A stretch of 64,000 nucleotides of DNA from Bacilli bacterium (GTDB lineage: Bacteria > Bacillota_I > Bacilli_A > RFN20 > CAG-826), in NCBI GenBank assembly GCA_024408565.1, contig JAKSUW010000003.1, positions 2,060 to 66,059 on the forward strand, read 5' to 3'. Below the pieces are notes generated by a model. It worked only from the letters and a program-made list of their open reading frames with translations. It did not search any database and had not been told where the DNA came from. The position numbers were made by a program, and so were the translations under genes. This document shows, piece after piece, positions 48,037 through 56,263 of this stretch (its first letter is position 1; the number at the start of each line of letters is the position of its first letter).

Positions 48037-49153
48037 ATGAAAGAGTTGGTTGAATTACGAAACGACTTCGCACACTTAAGTGAACTCACTGATCAACTCG
48101 GTGGCTCGCTTTGACCTCGCCAAAATTCAAACCGTTATTAAGCGAAACGAAGCGTTAATGAATGAGCCGAACTTTTGGGATGAGCAAAAGAAGGCGGTTA
48201 AAATTGTTAATGAGTTAAATGATAACAAAGAGATTCTTGAATCTTTTACCGCGATAAAAAAAGCGCATCAGGATTTAAAAGATTTGTTAAATAATCTAAA
48301 TGATAGCGATCAAGAAATGCTAAGCTTCGCGAATGATTTATATCGTGATTTAAGCGAACAAGTTTCAAGTTTACGAATTAAAGTTTTATTTACTGGTCCT
48401 TTTGATCATTTAAATGCGATTATGGATATTCATCCTGGTGCTGGTGGTACGGAAGCGATGGACTGGGCGAATATGCTTTATAGGATGTACACCCGCTACG
48501 CGGAGAAGCATCATTTTAAAGTCCAGATTATTGATTTTCAGTATGGCGAAGAAGCGGGATTAAAGAGTGCCACGATTAAAATCAGTGGTCCCCATGCTTA
48601 TGGTTTAATGCGGAGCGAAAAAGGCGTGCATCGTTTAGTTCGTATTTCACCCTTTGACGCGAATTCTCGTCGTCATACTTCATTTGCGAGTGTCAACGTG
48701 ATTCCAGAATTTGATGATGACATTAATGTGGAAATTAATGATAAAGATTTACGCATTGATACCTATCGTAGTGGTGGCGCAGGTGGGCAAAACGTTAACA
48801 AAGTCAGTAGTGCGGTGCGGATTACTCACTTACCAACGGGTATTGTTGTAAGTAGTCAAGTTGAGCGGAGTCAACTGATGAATAAGGAAACTTGTATGCG
48901 GATGTTAAAGGGAATTCTTTATCAACGCGAAGTTGAAAAAAAGCAAAAAGAGTTGGACGCCATCGTCGGAGTGAAGAATAATATTGAGTGGGGGAGCCAA
49001 ATCCGTTCTTACGTTTTTTGTCCTTATACTTTAGTTAAAGATAACCGGACTGAGTGTGAGAACGTGGACGTAAACGCGGTGATGGATGGCGACCTGGATG
49101 ATTTTATCTATGCGTATTTAGAAAAGGAGGCTAAACATCATGGCATTAAGTAA
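48037..49153 (+). CDS. prfB: peptide chain release factor 2, requires a programmed +1 frameshift
   Basis: ATG at 48037, 25 codons, then CTT TGA C (48109-48115). The +1 frame continues as ORF 48080..49153, which carries SPF (RISPFDA) and GGQ (GGAGGQNVNKV). GGTGG lies just upstream of the shift site. Confidence 0.95.
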
Positions 49154-50117
49154 AGATAACAAACTAATTAACTTCTTAATTAAACATAAGAAGGACATTA
49201 AACATATTTTACTTTGTGTGCTTGGTAGCTTTGTTTTAGCCTTTGGCACGGCAGTATTCTTAGAACCAGCGCAAGTAGTGGCAGGTGGCGTGAGCGGCAT
49301 TGGCATCATCATTAACCATTACTTAGAAAGCGTTGTCGGTTTTAACGTTGTTGATATCGTTGTATGGTCGCTTAATATTATTTTATTTGTTGTATCGTTT
49401 ATTTTTATTGGTAAAAAATTTACTTTTAATACATTAATCGCCACTTTTACCTTCCCAGCGTTTTTAAGTTTAATTATTCATACTGGAATGTTTGATTCAA
49501 TCATCGAATATTTTGATATTACCATCAAGGCTAATGACCCTGATTTAGTTTTGTTATTAGCGGGTATTTTCGGCGGTTTATTTGTTGGTTTAGGTGTTGC
49601 TATTACCTTTATTGGTGAAGGCTCAACCGGTGGTTTAGATGTTTTATGTTTTATTTGTTATAAATTTTTACATATCAAAGTATCTATTACCTCGTTTGTT
49701 TTTGACGGACGCATTATTTTCACGTGCGCTTTTGCGATTCCTGAGCACGTGATGCCAGCCTTTATTGGTGTCTTATCTGCCTTATTAAGCGCGATTGTCA
49801 TTGATATTCTTTATGTCCGGAGTAACAACGCTTGTATCATCGACATCATTTCCGCGCGTTACCAAGATATTAATAAATACATTGTGGATGTTTTAGGTCG
49901 CACTTCAACGATTATTGATGTTGAAGGCGGCTTCACCAAAAAGAAATATCGCCTAGTGCGGTTTGTCGTTGATAAACGTAGTTTACCCGAAGTGAAAGAA
50001 GAAATCGCGAAGATTGATAAAGATGCCTTTATCACGATTGCGAGCGCGACCCATGTCTTTGGTGAAGGTTTCGTTCCAATTAAAATTAAAAATCAGAAGA
50101 AACATAAGGATGAATAA
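49140..50117 (+). CDS. YitT-family membrane protein (C-terminal DUF2179-like)
   Basis: Five to six TM helices with a soluble C-terminal domain, 325 aa. It overlaps the prfB stop. Confidence 0.6.
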   Translation: MALSKDNKLINFLIKHKKDIKHILLCVLGSFVLAFGTAVFLEPAQVVAGGVSGIGIIINHYLESVVGFNVVDIVVWSLNIILFVVSFIFIGKKFTFNTLIATFTFPAFLSLIIHTGMFDSIIEYFDITIKANDPDLVLLLAGIFGGLFVGLGVAITFIGEGSTGGLDVLCFICYKFLHIKVSITSFVFDGRIIFTCAFAIPEHVMPAFIGVLSALLSAIVIDILYVRSNNACIIDIISARYQDINKYIVDVLGRTSTIIDVEGGFTKKKYRLVRFVVDKRSLPEVKEEIAKIDKDAFITIASATHVFGEGFVPIKIKNQKKHKDE

Positions 50118-52092
50118 TCAGCGCTTTAAAATTGTTTCTCATTATAAGCCAACGGGTGATCAACCCGAAGCGATTGCTTCACTAGTGGCGGGCATTAAAA
50201 AGAAGCAGCCAGTGCAAGTCCTACTTGGAGCAACCGGCACGGGTAAAACTTTTACGATCGCGAATGTCATCGAACAAGTGCAACGGCCGACACTAGTTTT
50301 AGTTCATAACAAAACTTTAGCGGGTCAACTTTATGGTGAGTTTAAAGAACTCTTCCCGAATAACCGCGTTGAATATTTCGTGTCTAACTTCGATTTTTAT
50401 CAACCCGAAGCCTATTTACCAAGCACCGATACTTATATTGATAAAAACGCGGTGATGAATGACGAAATCGAAATGTTAAGAACGAGCGCGATTAACTCGA
50501 TTTTAGAAAGACGCGACACGATTATTGTGGCCTCAGTTGCAAGCATTTATGGTTTAACTGATCCTGATGAATATCGGCGGTTAGTGTTTGAAATTCGCGT
50601 TGGTGAAACACTTGACCACAAAAGTTTCTACACTAAATTAGTCGACGCGCAGTATACGCGCAATAATTTAGAATTAGCGCCTGGCACCTTCCGTAACCGG
50701 GGTGATATTATCGAAATTATGCCGGTTCATACCCGTGACTTTTTTATTCGGATTGATTGCTTTGGCGATGAGATTGAAAAAATTGAAGCGGTGGATCCGA
50801 TCACCGGCGAAATTAAAGAAAGTTTTAAAACTTATCCCATCTTTCCCGCTTATGACCACGCTTCAACGCGCGCAAAGATTGCGCATGCGACGGAAAGCAT
50901 TAAACAAGAATTAAAAGAACGTCTCGCTTATTTTAAAAAGCAAGGGAAGTTACTTGAAGCCGAGCGGCTGGATATGCGGACCCGTCAAGATATTGAAAGC
51001 ATGCTTGAATTTGGGATGTGTAAAGGCATTGAAAACTACGCGCGCCATATTGATGGAAGAAAACCAGGCGAACGGCCGTTTAATTTAATTGATTATTTCC
51101 CGAAAGACTTTATGTTAGTGATTGATGAAAGCCATGTAAGCATTCCGCAAGTTAGAGGTATGTATAATGGTGACCGGAGCCGGAAGGAAGTGTTAGTGGA
51201 ATATGGTTTCCGTTTGCCAAGCGCCCTTGATAATCGACCCCTTAATTTCACGGAATTTGAACAGGTGATGCCCTTAACCATTTGTACTTCCGCTACGCCA
51301 GGTGACTATGAATTAAATCGCGCGGATAACAAAGTCGTTGAACAAATTATTCGTCCAACTGGACTCCTTGATCCGAAAGTTGAAGTGCGGCGAACCCTTG
51401 GCCAAGTTGACGATATTATTAACGAAGTTAAAAAGCGGATTAAAAACCATGAACGCGTAATGCTTGTTACTCTCACCATTAAGATGGCGGAAGATTTAAC
51501 GGCCTATTTAAAAGACCGGGGCTTTAAAGTGACTTATTTACATAACGAAACCAAAACCCTGGAGCGGAGTGAAATCATTTATCAGCTTCGTAAAGGCAAA
51601 TACGATGTCTTAGTGGGTATTAATCTTTTGCGGGAAGGGCTAGATATTCCAGAAGTTTCTCTCATCTGTATTCTTGATGCGGATAAAGAAGGCTTCTTAC
51701 GGAGTACACGTTCTTTAATCCAAATTATTGGGCGGACCGCACGGAATAAAAACGGCCAAGTGATTATGTACGCCGATACAATGACTGAATCAATGAAAGA
51801 AGCGATTAAAGAAACTAATCGTCGCCGACAGATTCAAGATACTTATAATAAAGAAAACGGAATTATCCCGGAGACGATTATTAAAGATATTCGTCCACCG
51901 ATTTCGAACCAAGGCGCTGATTTAAAATCCTTACTAAAGAAGAAAGGCAAGAAGAGTCAAAGCGAAATGAACGCACAACTTAAGGAAATTGAAAAACAAA
52001 TGCGTCAAGCGGCCAAAGAATATGACTTTGAACGGGCGGCTGAACTCCGCGATATCCTGCTTGAATTACGGGCGGATAATGAAAATAGTTAA
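50110..52092 (+). CDS. uvrB: excinuclease ABC subunit B
   Basis: MNNQRFKIVSHYKPTGDQPEAI, Walker A GATGTGKT and a C-terminal UVR motif (YDFERAAELRD). I prefer the ATG at 50110 (8-nt overlap with the upstream gene) over the 50014 extension. Confidence 0.95.
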   Translation: MNNQRFKIVSHYKPTGDQPEAIASLVAGIKKKQPVQVLLGATGTGKTFTIANVIEQVQRPTLVLVHNKTLAGQLYGEFKELFPNNRVEYFVSNFDFYQPEAYLPSTDTYIDKNAVMNDEIEMLRTSAINSILERRDTIIVASVASIYGLTDPDEYRRLVFEIRVGETLDHKSFYTKLVDAQYTRNNLELAPGTFRNRGDIIEIMPVHTRDFFIRIDCFGDEIEKIEAVDPITGEIKESFKTYPIFPAYDHASTRAKIAHATESIKQELKERLAYFKKQGKLLEAERLDMRTRQDIESMLEFGMCKGIENYARHIDGRKPGERPFNLIDYFPKDFMLVIDESHVSIPQVRGMYNGDRSRKEVLVEYGFRLPSALDNRPLNFTEFEQVMPLTICTSATPGDYELNRADNKVVEQIIRPTGLLDPKVEVRRTLGQVDDIINEVKKRIKNHERVMLVTLTIKMAEDLTAYLKDRGFKVTYLHNETKTLERSEIIYQLRKGKYDVLVGINLLREGLDIPEVSLICILDADKEGFLRSTRSLIQIIGRTARNKNGQVIMYADTMTESMKEAIKETNRRRQIQDTYNKENGIIPETIIKDIRPPISNQGADLKSLLKKKGKKSQSEMNAQLKEIEKQMRQAAKEYDFERAAELRDILLELRADNENS

Positions 52093-52120
52093 AAACCTTG
52101 CAATATTGGCTAATAAGGCA

Positions 52121-52296
52121 TCAGGCGTTTTTTAACTCGTTTTCCAACTCTTTTTTAATTTTATCGATGTTAGGATAAATATTCTTAAAACCTTTGCTAT
52201 GCTTTACAAGCGCGCGACGCGCTAAAGAAAAAACTTTTTTGCGACATCCTTTCTTAGTTCAATGTCTTTAATAAAATAGAATTTTCCTTCTTGCAT
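52121..52296 (-). pseudogene. short ORF disrupted in an A6-G-T6 tract
   Basis: ATG at 52296 gives MQEGKFYFIKDIELRKDVAKKFFL*, with the stop at 52224-52222. A 1-nt shift inside 52228-52240 continues as SLARRALVKHSKGFKNIYPNIDKIKKELENELKNA*, with the stop at 52121. There is no SD, and a -10-like TAATAT sits 6 nt upstream. Confidence 0.35.
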
Positions 52297-52310
52297 AATT
52301 ATATATTAAC

Positions 52311-52335
52311 AAAAAACGTTCTCATGGCGAGAACG
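52311..52335 (-). terminator. intrinsic terminator (minus strand)
   Basis: The minus strand reads CGTTCTC-GCCAT-GAGAACG followed by T6. Confidence 0.8.
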
Positions 52336-52346
52336 AAATTGTTAAG

Positions 52347-52427
52347 TCGAGCTTTTATACCCCGTATCTCGACTAACGGCAAGATTTTTCATCGAGCTTT
52401 TATTAGCCGTATCTCGACTAACGGCAA
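52347..52427 (-). repeat. two tandem 36-nt structured repeats, period 45 nt (candidate ncRNA / type III antitoxin-like array)
   Basis: 52347-52382 and 52392-52427 are 33 of 36 identical. The minus-strand unit is TTGCCGTTAGTCGAGATACGG[CTA/GGT]ATAAAAGCTCGA, with interleaved complementary segments GCCGT/ACGGC and TCGAG/CTCGA. Confidence 0.7.
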
Positions 52428-52475
52428 TGTGCAACCTTTCGATTGCAACATTATTGTAGCATAAATTAGCTCAAT

Positions 52476-53165
52476 TTATATTTTTATTATTTTCCCGTTT
52501 TTTATTTTACAAATTTCTTGATACATACAAAGCTTCTTTTTATTTAGCCAAAAATCAAAATGATAATGACCAAATAGCCAGTATTTATATTTAACAATTT
52601 TATCAATAAATTTAAGTTGATCAGTTGAACTGTCGCTTTCGAATTTTAAGATTTTAGTTACAGTTGGAGAATCCACGCAGTGCGTTAAAACAAAGTCAAC
52701 TTCGTTATTGAATTTTCTTAGATTCTTTTTGGCGTTATTGATATCGCGTATATCAATATTTTCTCTTGGCCACCACGAGATTCCGGGAACTCGCCACATA
52801 ATATCAATTGAATGCGCTCCGCCAATACAAAGAAATTTAATTTTATTAATTTCCATAATTTCACCGCGTATCACGTGATAAATATGTTGATCCACTTTAT
52901 GCATTAATGCGCCATAACATTCGACAATCGGCAAAGATTCCAACATATCAAAATTTTCGTGATTCCCATCAAGGAAAATTATTGTGCAGTGTAAAGAACG
53001 ATATAATTCTAATTTTTTGGTTAAATCGGTTGACGACCAACAAATGCCACAATCGCCAAGGATAATTAAAATATCCTTGTAAGTTAATTTCTTTTCCCTT
53101 AACTTCTCAAGTTTACCGAAATCAATGTTTCCATGTGTATCGCCAGTTATATAGATCATATTCAA
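52476..53165 (-). CDS. calcineurin-like metallophosphoesterase
   Basis: Motifs GDTHG, GDCG, GNHEN and GHYH occur in canonical order. 229 aa. Confidence 0.8.
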   Translation of the reverse strand: MNMIYITGDTHGNIDFGKLEKLREKKLTYKDILIILGDCGICWSSTDLTKKLELYRSLHCTIIFLDGNHENFDMLESLPIVECYGALMHKVDQHIYHVIRGEIMEINKIKFLCIGGAHSIDIMWRVPGISWWPRENIDIRDINNAKKNLRKFNNEVDFVLTHCVDSPTVTKILKFESDSSTDQLKFIDKIVKYKYWLFGHYHFDFWLNKKKLCMYQEICKIKNGKIIKI

Positions 53166-53274
53166 CTACATATAAATTATAATATAATTTATATGAAATG
53201 GCAATTTTTAAATGCAAAAAAACTATAACTTGCATAATTAAATAATTATGCGAAGATATTAAGGCAAGAAAGAT

Positions 53275-53571
53275 ATGAAGTGGTTTGATTACGTTTTTCT
53301 TATCATCGCCCTTATTATCATTGTTTTAAGCTTACTCCAAGGTGGTAAATCGGAAGGTGCTTCTGGTGCGATTACCGGTGGTGGCTTAAACGTTTTTGCT
53401 AAAACGAAAGAACGTGGTAGTGAACGCGTGATTACGTGGTTAACGTTTGGCTTTGCGATTGTCTTCTTTTTCTTAGCGGTGTTTATTGCCGCTCAACCAA
53501 AACCTGAACCACCTGAACCACCCGAACCTGAACAATTTGTTGCGCTTGTTAACTATTTAGCTTGTTTATAA
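53275..53571 (+). CDS. secG: preprotein translocase subunit SecG with a Pro/Glu-rich tail
   Basis: Two TM helices flank the Gly-rich loop LLQGGKSEGASGAITGGG. C-terminal PKPEPPEPPEPE. Confidence 0.75.
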   Translation: MKWFDYVFLIIALIIIVLSLLQGGKSEGASGAITGGGLNVFAKTKERGSERVITWLTFGFAIVFFFLAVFIAAQPKPEPPEPPEPEQFVALVNYLACL

Positions 53572-53584
53572 AAAAACTTAATTA

Positions 53585-53611
53585 AACTATCTATTTTAGA
53601 TAGTTTTTTTT
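53585..53611 (+). terminator. intrinsic terminator after secG
   Basis: AACTATCTA-TTT-TAGATAGTT (9-bp stem) followed by a T-run. Confidence 0.8.
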
Positions 53612-53638
53612 ATGTAATTTTGTTATCATATACTCACT

Positions 53639-54436
53639 ATGAACATTAAGGAATATGTGCAACTAAGAAAAGAACAACTTAAAAAAGAAATTGCTTCTTT
53701 AGACGTAAAACCAACATTGATTATTATTCAAGTTAACGCTGATCCAGCAAGTGACGCTTATGTTCGTGGGAAATTAAAAGATGGAGCGGAAGTCGGGGCG
53801 AACGTGATACTTGATAAACAAGCGCCGAGTATCTCCGAAACGGACTTAATTAAATTAATTGAAAAATATAACCATGATCCGCATGTTCATGGCTTAATTG
53901 TCCAAATGCCCTTACCAAAGCAAATTAACGAAAGTCATATTAAATTAGCGGTGAACCCAGTTAAAGACGTCGATGGTTTTCATCCTTTAACGCATTTTAA
54001 ACCTTGTACCCCCAAGGGAATTATTGATTATCTTAAAGCCGAGGGAGTCATTTTCCAAGGGAAGAGCGCCGTCGTCATTGGTCGGAGTAATATTGTGGGT
54101 AAACCAATGCAGCAACTTTTGTTAGCGGAGAATGCTACTGTTACCCAAATGCATAGTAAAACCACACGTGAAGATATGGATTTATTCTTGTCGCATGCCG
54201 ATATTATTGTGGTGGCCGTTGGACGTAAACATTTCTTAAATCATTCGTTTAAATTAAAACCCTCAGCGGTTGTTGTCGATGTTGGTATTAACCGTGATGA
54301 GGCTGGTTTACACGGTGATGCGGAACCAAATTTAGCTGTCAAATTACAGACACCCGTTCCGGGCGGTGTTGGTCTATTGACCCGTTTATCGTTATTAGTG
54401 AATTTAATGGAGGCATATCATGGAATTCAAAATTGA
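53639..54436 (+). CDS. folD: bifunctional methylenetetrahydrofolate dehydrogenase/cyclohydrolase
   Basis: ASDAYVRGK, GLIVQMPLP, VVIGRSNIVGKPM and PGGVG blocks. 265 aa. Confidence 0.9.
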   Translation: MNIKEYVQLRKEQLKKEIASLDVKPTLIIIQVNADPASDAYVRGKLKDGAEVGANVILDKQAPSISETDLIKLIEKYNHDPHVHGLIVQMPLPKQINESHIKLAVNPVKDVDGFHPLTHFKPCTPKGIIDYLKAEGVIFQGKSAVVIGRSNIVGKPMQQLLLAENATVTQMHSKTTREDMDLFLSHADIIVVAVGRKHFLNHSFKLKPSAVVVDVGINRDEAGLHGDAEPNLAVKLQTPVPGGVGLLTRLSLLVNLMEAYHGIQN

Positions 54437-55013
54437 AAATAGCTTTGTCTATGGCTTAGAGCGCGCCGTTAAGGCGAGCGGTAACCCCATGCGGACTGAA
54501 ATCGATCGTGGTGCTTGTGATGAAAAAGATTTTACCCGTGCGGCTAAACTTGGTGGAGCACGTAATGGTCAAGGGCACGATAATTATTTAAAAGGCATTT
54601 TAGTGCACTTAGATGTTTATGCTCCTTTATATTGGTGGAAACAAGCCCAACGTTATCACTGGTTTGATTTTGTGAGTAGCCAATCGACGATGCACTGTTT
54701 ATTAAAGTTTAAAGTCGCTGACCAATGCGTAAAAACAACTGACCCCCGGGTGATTGCGATTGCTCAAGAAAAAGCGGACGCGGTTTTAAAATTAGATTTA
54801 AATGATCCTAAACGTAACGAAAAGTGGCGGGAATTGGTCGCTTCTTTACCTTGTGGATTTTGTCTTGGAGCCACTATGACCACCAATTATCAACAATTAA
54901 AGACCATGTATCTACAACGGCGGAATCATAAATTAAGTGAATGGCATGTGTTTTGTGCGTGGTGCGAAAGTTTACCACACTTTATCGAGTTAACCGGAGT
55001 CGACAAATTATGA
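54420..55013 (+). CDS. ThyX-fold (flavin-dependent thymidylate synthase-like) protein with a non-canonical signature
   Basis: GHDNYLKGILVHLDVYAPLYWWKQAQRYHWFDFVSSQSTMH parallels the ThyX region around the RHRxxSxxxxSxR signature. The later TTNYQQLKTMYLQRRNHKLSEWH parallels the ThyX C-terminal helix block. It overlaps folD by 17 nt. Confidence 0.45.
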   Translation: MEFKIENSFVYGLERAVKASGNPMRTEIDRGACDEKDFTRAAKLGGARNGQGHDNYLKGILVHLDVYAPLYWWKQAQRYHWFDFVSSQSTMHCLLKFKVADQCVKTTDPRVIAIAQEKADAVLKLDLNDPKRNEKWRELVASLPCGFCLGATMTTNYQQLKTMYLQRRNHKLSEWHVFCAWCESLPHFIELTGVDKL

Positions 55014-56263
55014 TTAGCCCCAAAAAGCTTGAGGAGTATAAGCGGAAGTACGCCCATTTAATTGCGGTGTGCGGGCTTAATAATGTCAAAAACCGGGTGT
55101 GCCAAATTAACGCCGATATTGATCAACCGGATTTTGTTTTAATGCTCATGGAAGAGCTTTATGATCGGGGCGCAAAACGCGTTGATGTGCATTGGACATA
55201 TCGTCCATTATTAAAAACCATCTATCAACATACCGCCACCGATGAATTAATGAAAGTGTACCCATATGAAGTATCGCGGATTAAATATGATGCGAAGCAA
55301 AATACCGCGAAGGTGACCCTTGAATCCTGGGACCCTGCGTGGATGGATGGCGTTGATGCGGATAAGGTCATGAAACGTCGTTTAGCAATAGCTAAAATTG
55401 CTCGTCCGTATCGCACGAAGATGGACTTGGTCGAAACACCGTGGTGTTTAGCAGCTCTACCAGGTCATGACTGGGCAAAGCGCTTATTCCCGAACGATAC
55501 TGACGAAGTGGCGATGAATAAAATGTGGGAAAAGACTTTAGAATGTTGTCGTTGTCTAAAAGGCGATCCGGTGGAAAATTGGCGAAAATTTAATAAAGAA
55601 ATTAAAGCGCGCGCGAAATGGCTTGATTCTTTGCATATTAAAACCTTACATTATACGAATAAGCTTGGCACCGATTTAATTGTCGGCGTGAATCCACATA
55701 CGCATTTTTGTGGTGGGGCCCATGCGGATGAAACGAAAGCACCGTTTAACGCGAATATGCCAGCGGTGGAAACTTATACTTCGCCTAATCGTCTAGTTAC
55801 CGAAGGAGTGGTATACGCAAGTAAACCATTATGCCGGAATGGACATATGATGGATGGCATCAAGATTCGTTTTCATCAAGGACGGATTGTCGAAGTGAGT
55901 GCGAAAAAAGGCGAAGCTTTCTTAAAGAAAATGATTAGCACCGACGAAGGCGCTCATTATTTAGGGGAGCTTGCTTTAGTGCCATATGATTCGCCTGTTA
56001 GCAACACGAAGATGGTTTATTACCAAACAATTTTTGATGAGAACGCCGCGTGCCATTTTGCTTTTGGTTATTCTTTACTTTCGACTTACGAAAAGCGGGC
56101 GCGCCATTGGAGTGATGAACAACGGATTAAACACGGCATTAATCGGGCGAGCACGCACACCGATTTTATGATTGGAACGGATGATTTAAATATTGTCGCG
56201 ACGACCCGTGATAACCGCAAAGTACAAATATTTAAAAACGGGAACTGGGCAAAGAATATATGA
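55010..56263 (+). CDS. M29-family aminopeptidase (PepS/AmpS-like), paralog 1
   Basis: N-terminal LEEYKRKYAHLIAVCGLN and the blocks LHYTNKLGTDL, FDENAACHFAFG and HTDFMIGT. ATGA overlap with the upstream gene, so the start is 55010 rather than 54941. Confidence 0.8.
   Translation: MISPKKLEEYKRKYAHLIAVCGLNNVKNRVCQINADIDQPDFVLMLMEELYDRGAKRVDVHWTYRPLLKTIYQHTATDELMKVYPYEVSRIKYDAKQNTAKVTLESWDPAWMDGVDADKVMKRRLAIAKIARPYRTKMDLVETPWCLAALPGHDWAKRLFPNDTDEVAMNKMWEKTLECCRCLKGDPVENWRKFNKEIKARAKWLDSLHIKTLHYTNKLGTDLIVGVNPHTHFCGGAHADETKAPFNANMPAVETYTSPNRLVTEGVVYASKPLCRNGHMMDGIKIRFHQGRIVEVSAKKGEAFLKKMISTDEGAHYLGELALVPYDSPVSNTKMVYYQTIFDENAACHFAFGYSLLSTYEKRARHWSDEQRIKHGINRASTHTDFMIGTDDLNIVATTRDNRKVQIFKNGNWAKNI

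Noticed and set aside
50014-50109. A 32-codon N-terminal extension of uvrB
   Set aside because: It lies entirely inside the upstream yitT-like gene. The conserved UvrB N-terminus begins at the ATG at 50110.
52209-52223. A GC-rich hairpin AGCGCG-CGA-CGCGCT as a uvrB terminator
   Set aside because: It lies 117 nt past the uvrB stop, inside the decayed minus-strand ORF. It has no adjacent T-tract on either strand.
52370-52424. A 10-nt identity (CCGTTAGTCG, minus strand, in both 45-nt repeats) with the tRNA-Thr 3' end and the att-like remnant at 30068-30077, suggesting a common mobile-element target
   Set aside because: A single 10-mer match in about 128 kb of two-strand sequence is near chance expectation (about 0.1). 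The two occurrences are not independent. It is noted but not claimed.
52347-52427. The two 36-nt repeats as a CRISPR array
   Set aside because: There are only two copies, separated by 9 nt, which is far shorter than any spacer. No cas genes are present. The repeats are followed by a terminator and an ORF instead.
53505-53535. A tandem CCTGAACCA-type repeat (PEPPEPPEPE) at the 3' end of secG as a variable repeat locus
   Set aside because: It is short (about three units) and in frame, so it is probably just a low-complexity tail. It cannot be judged without strain comparison.
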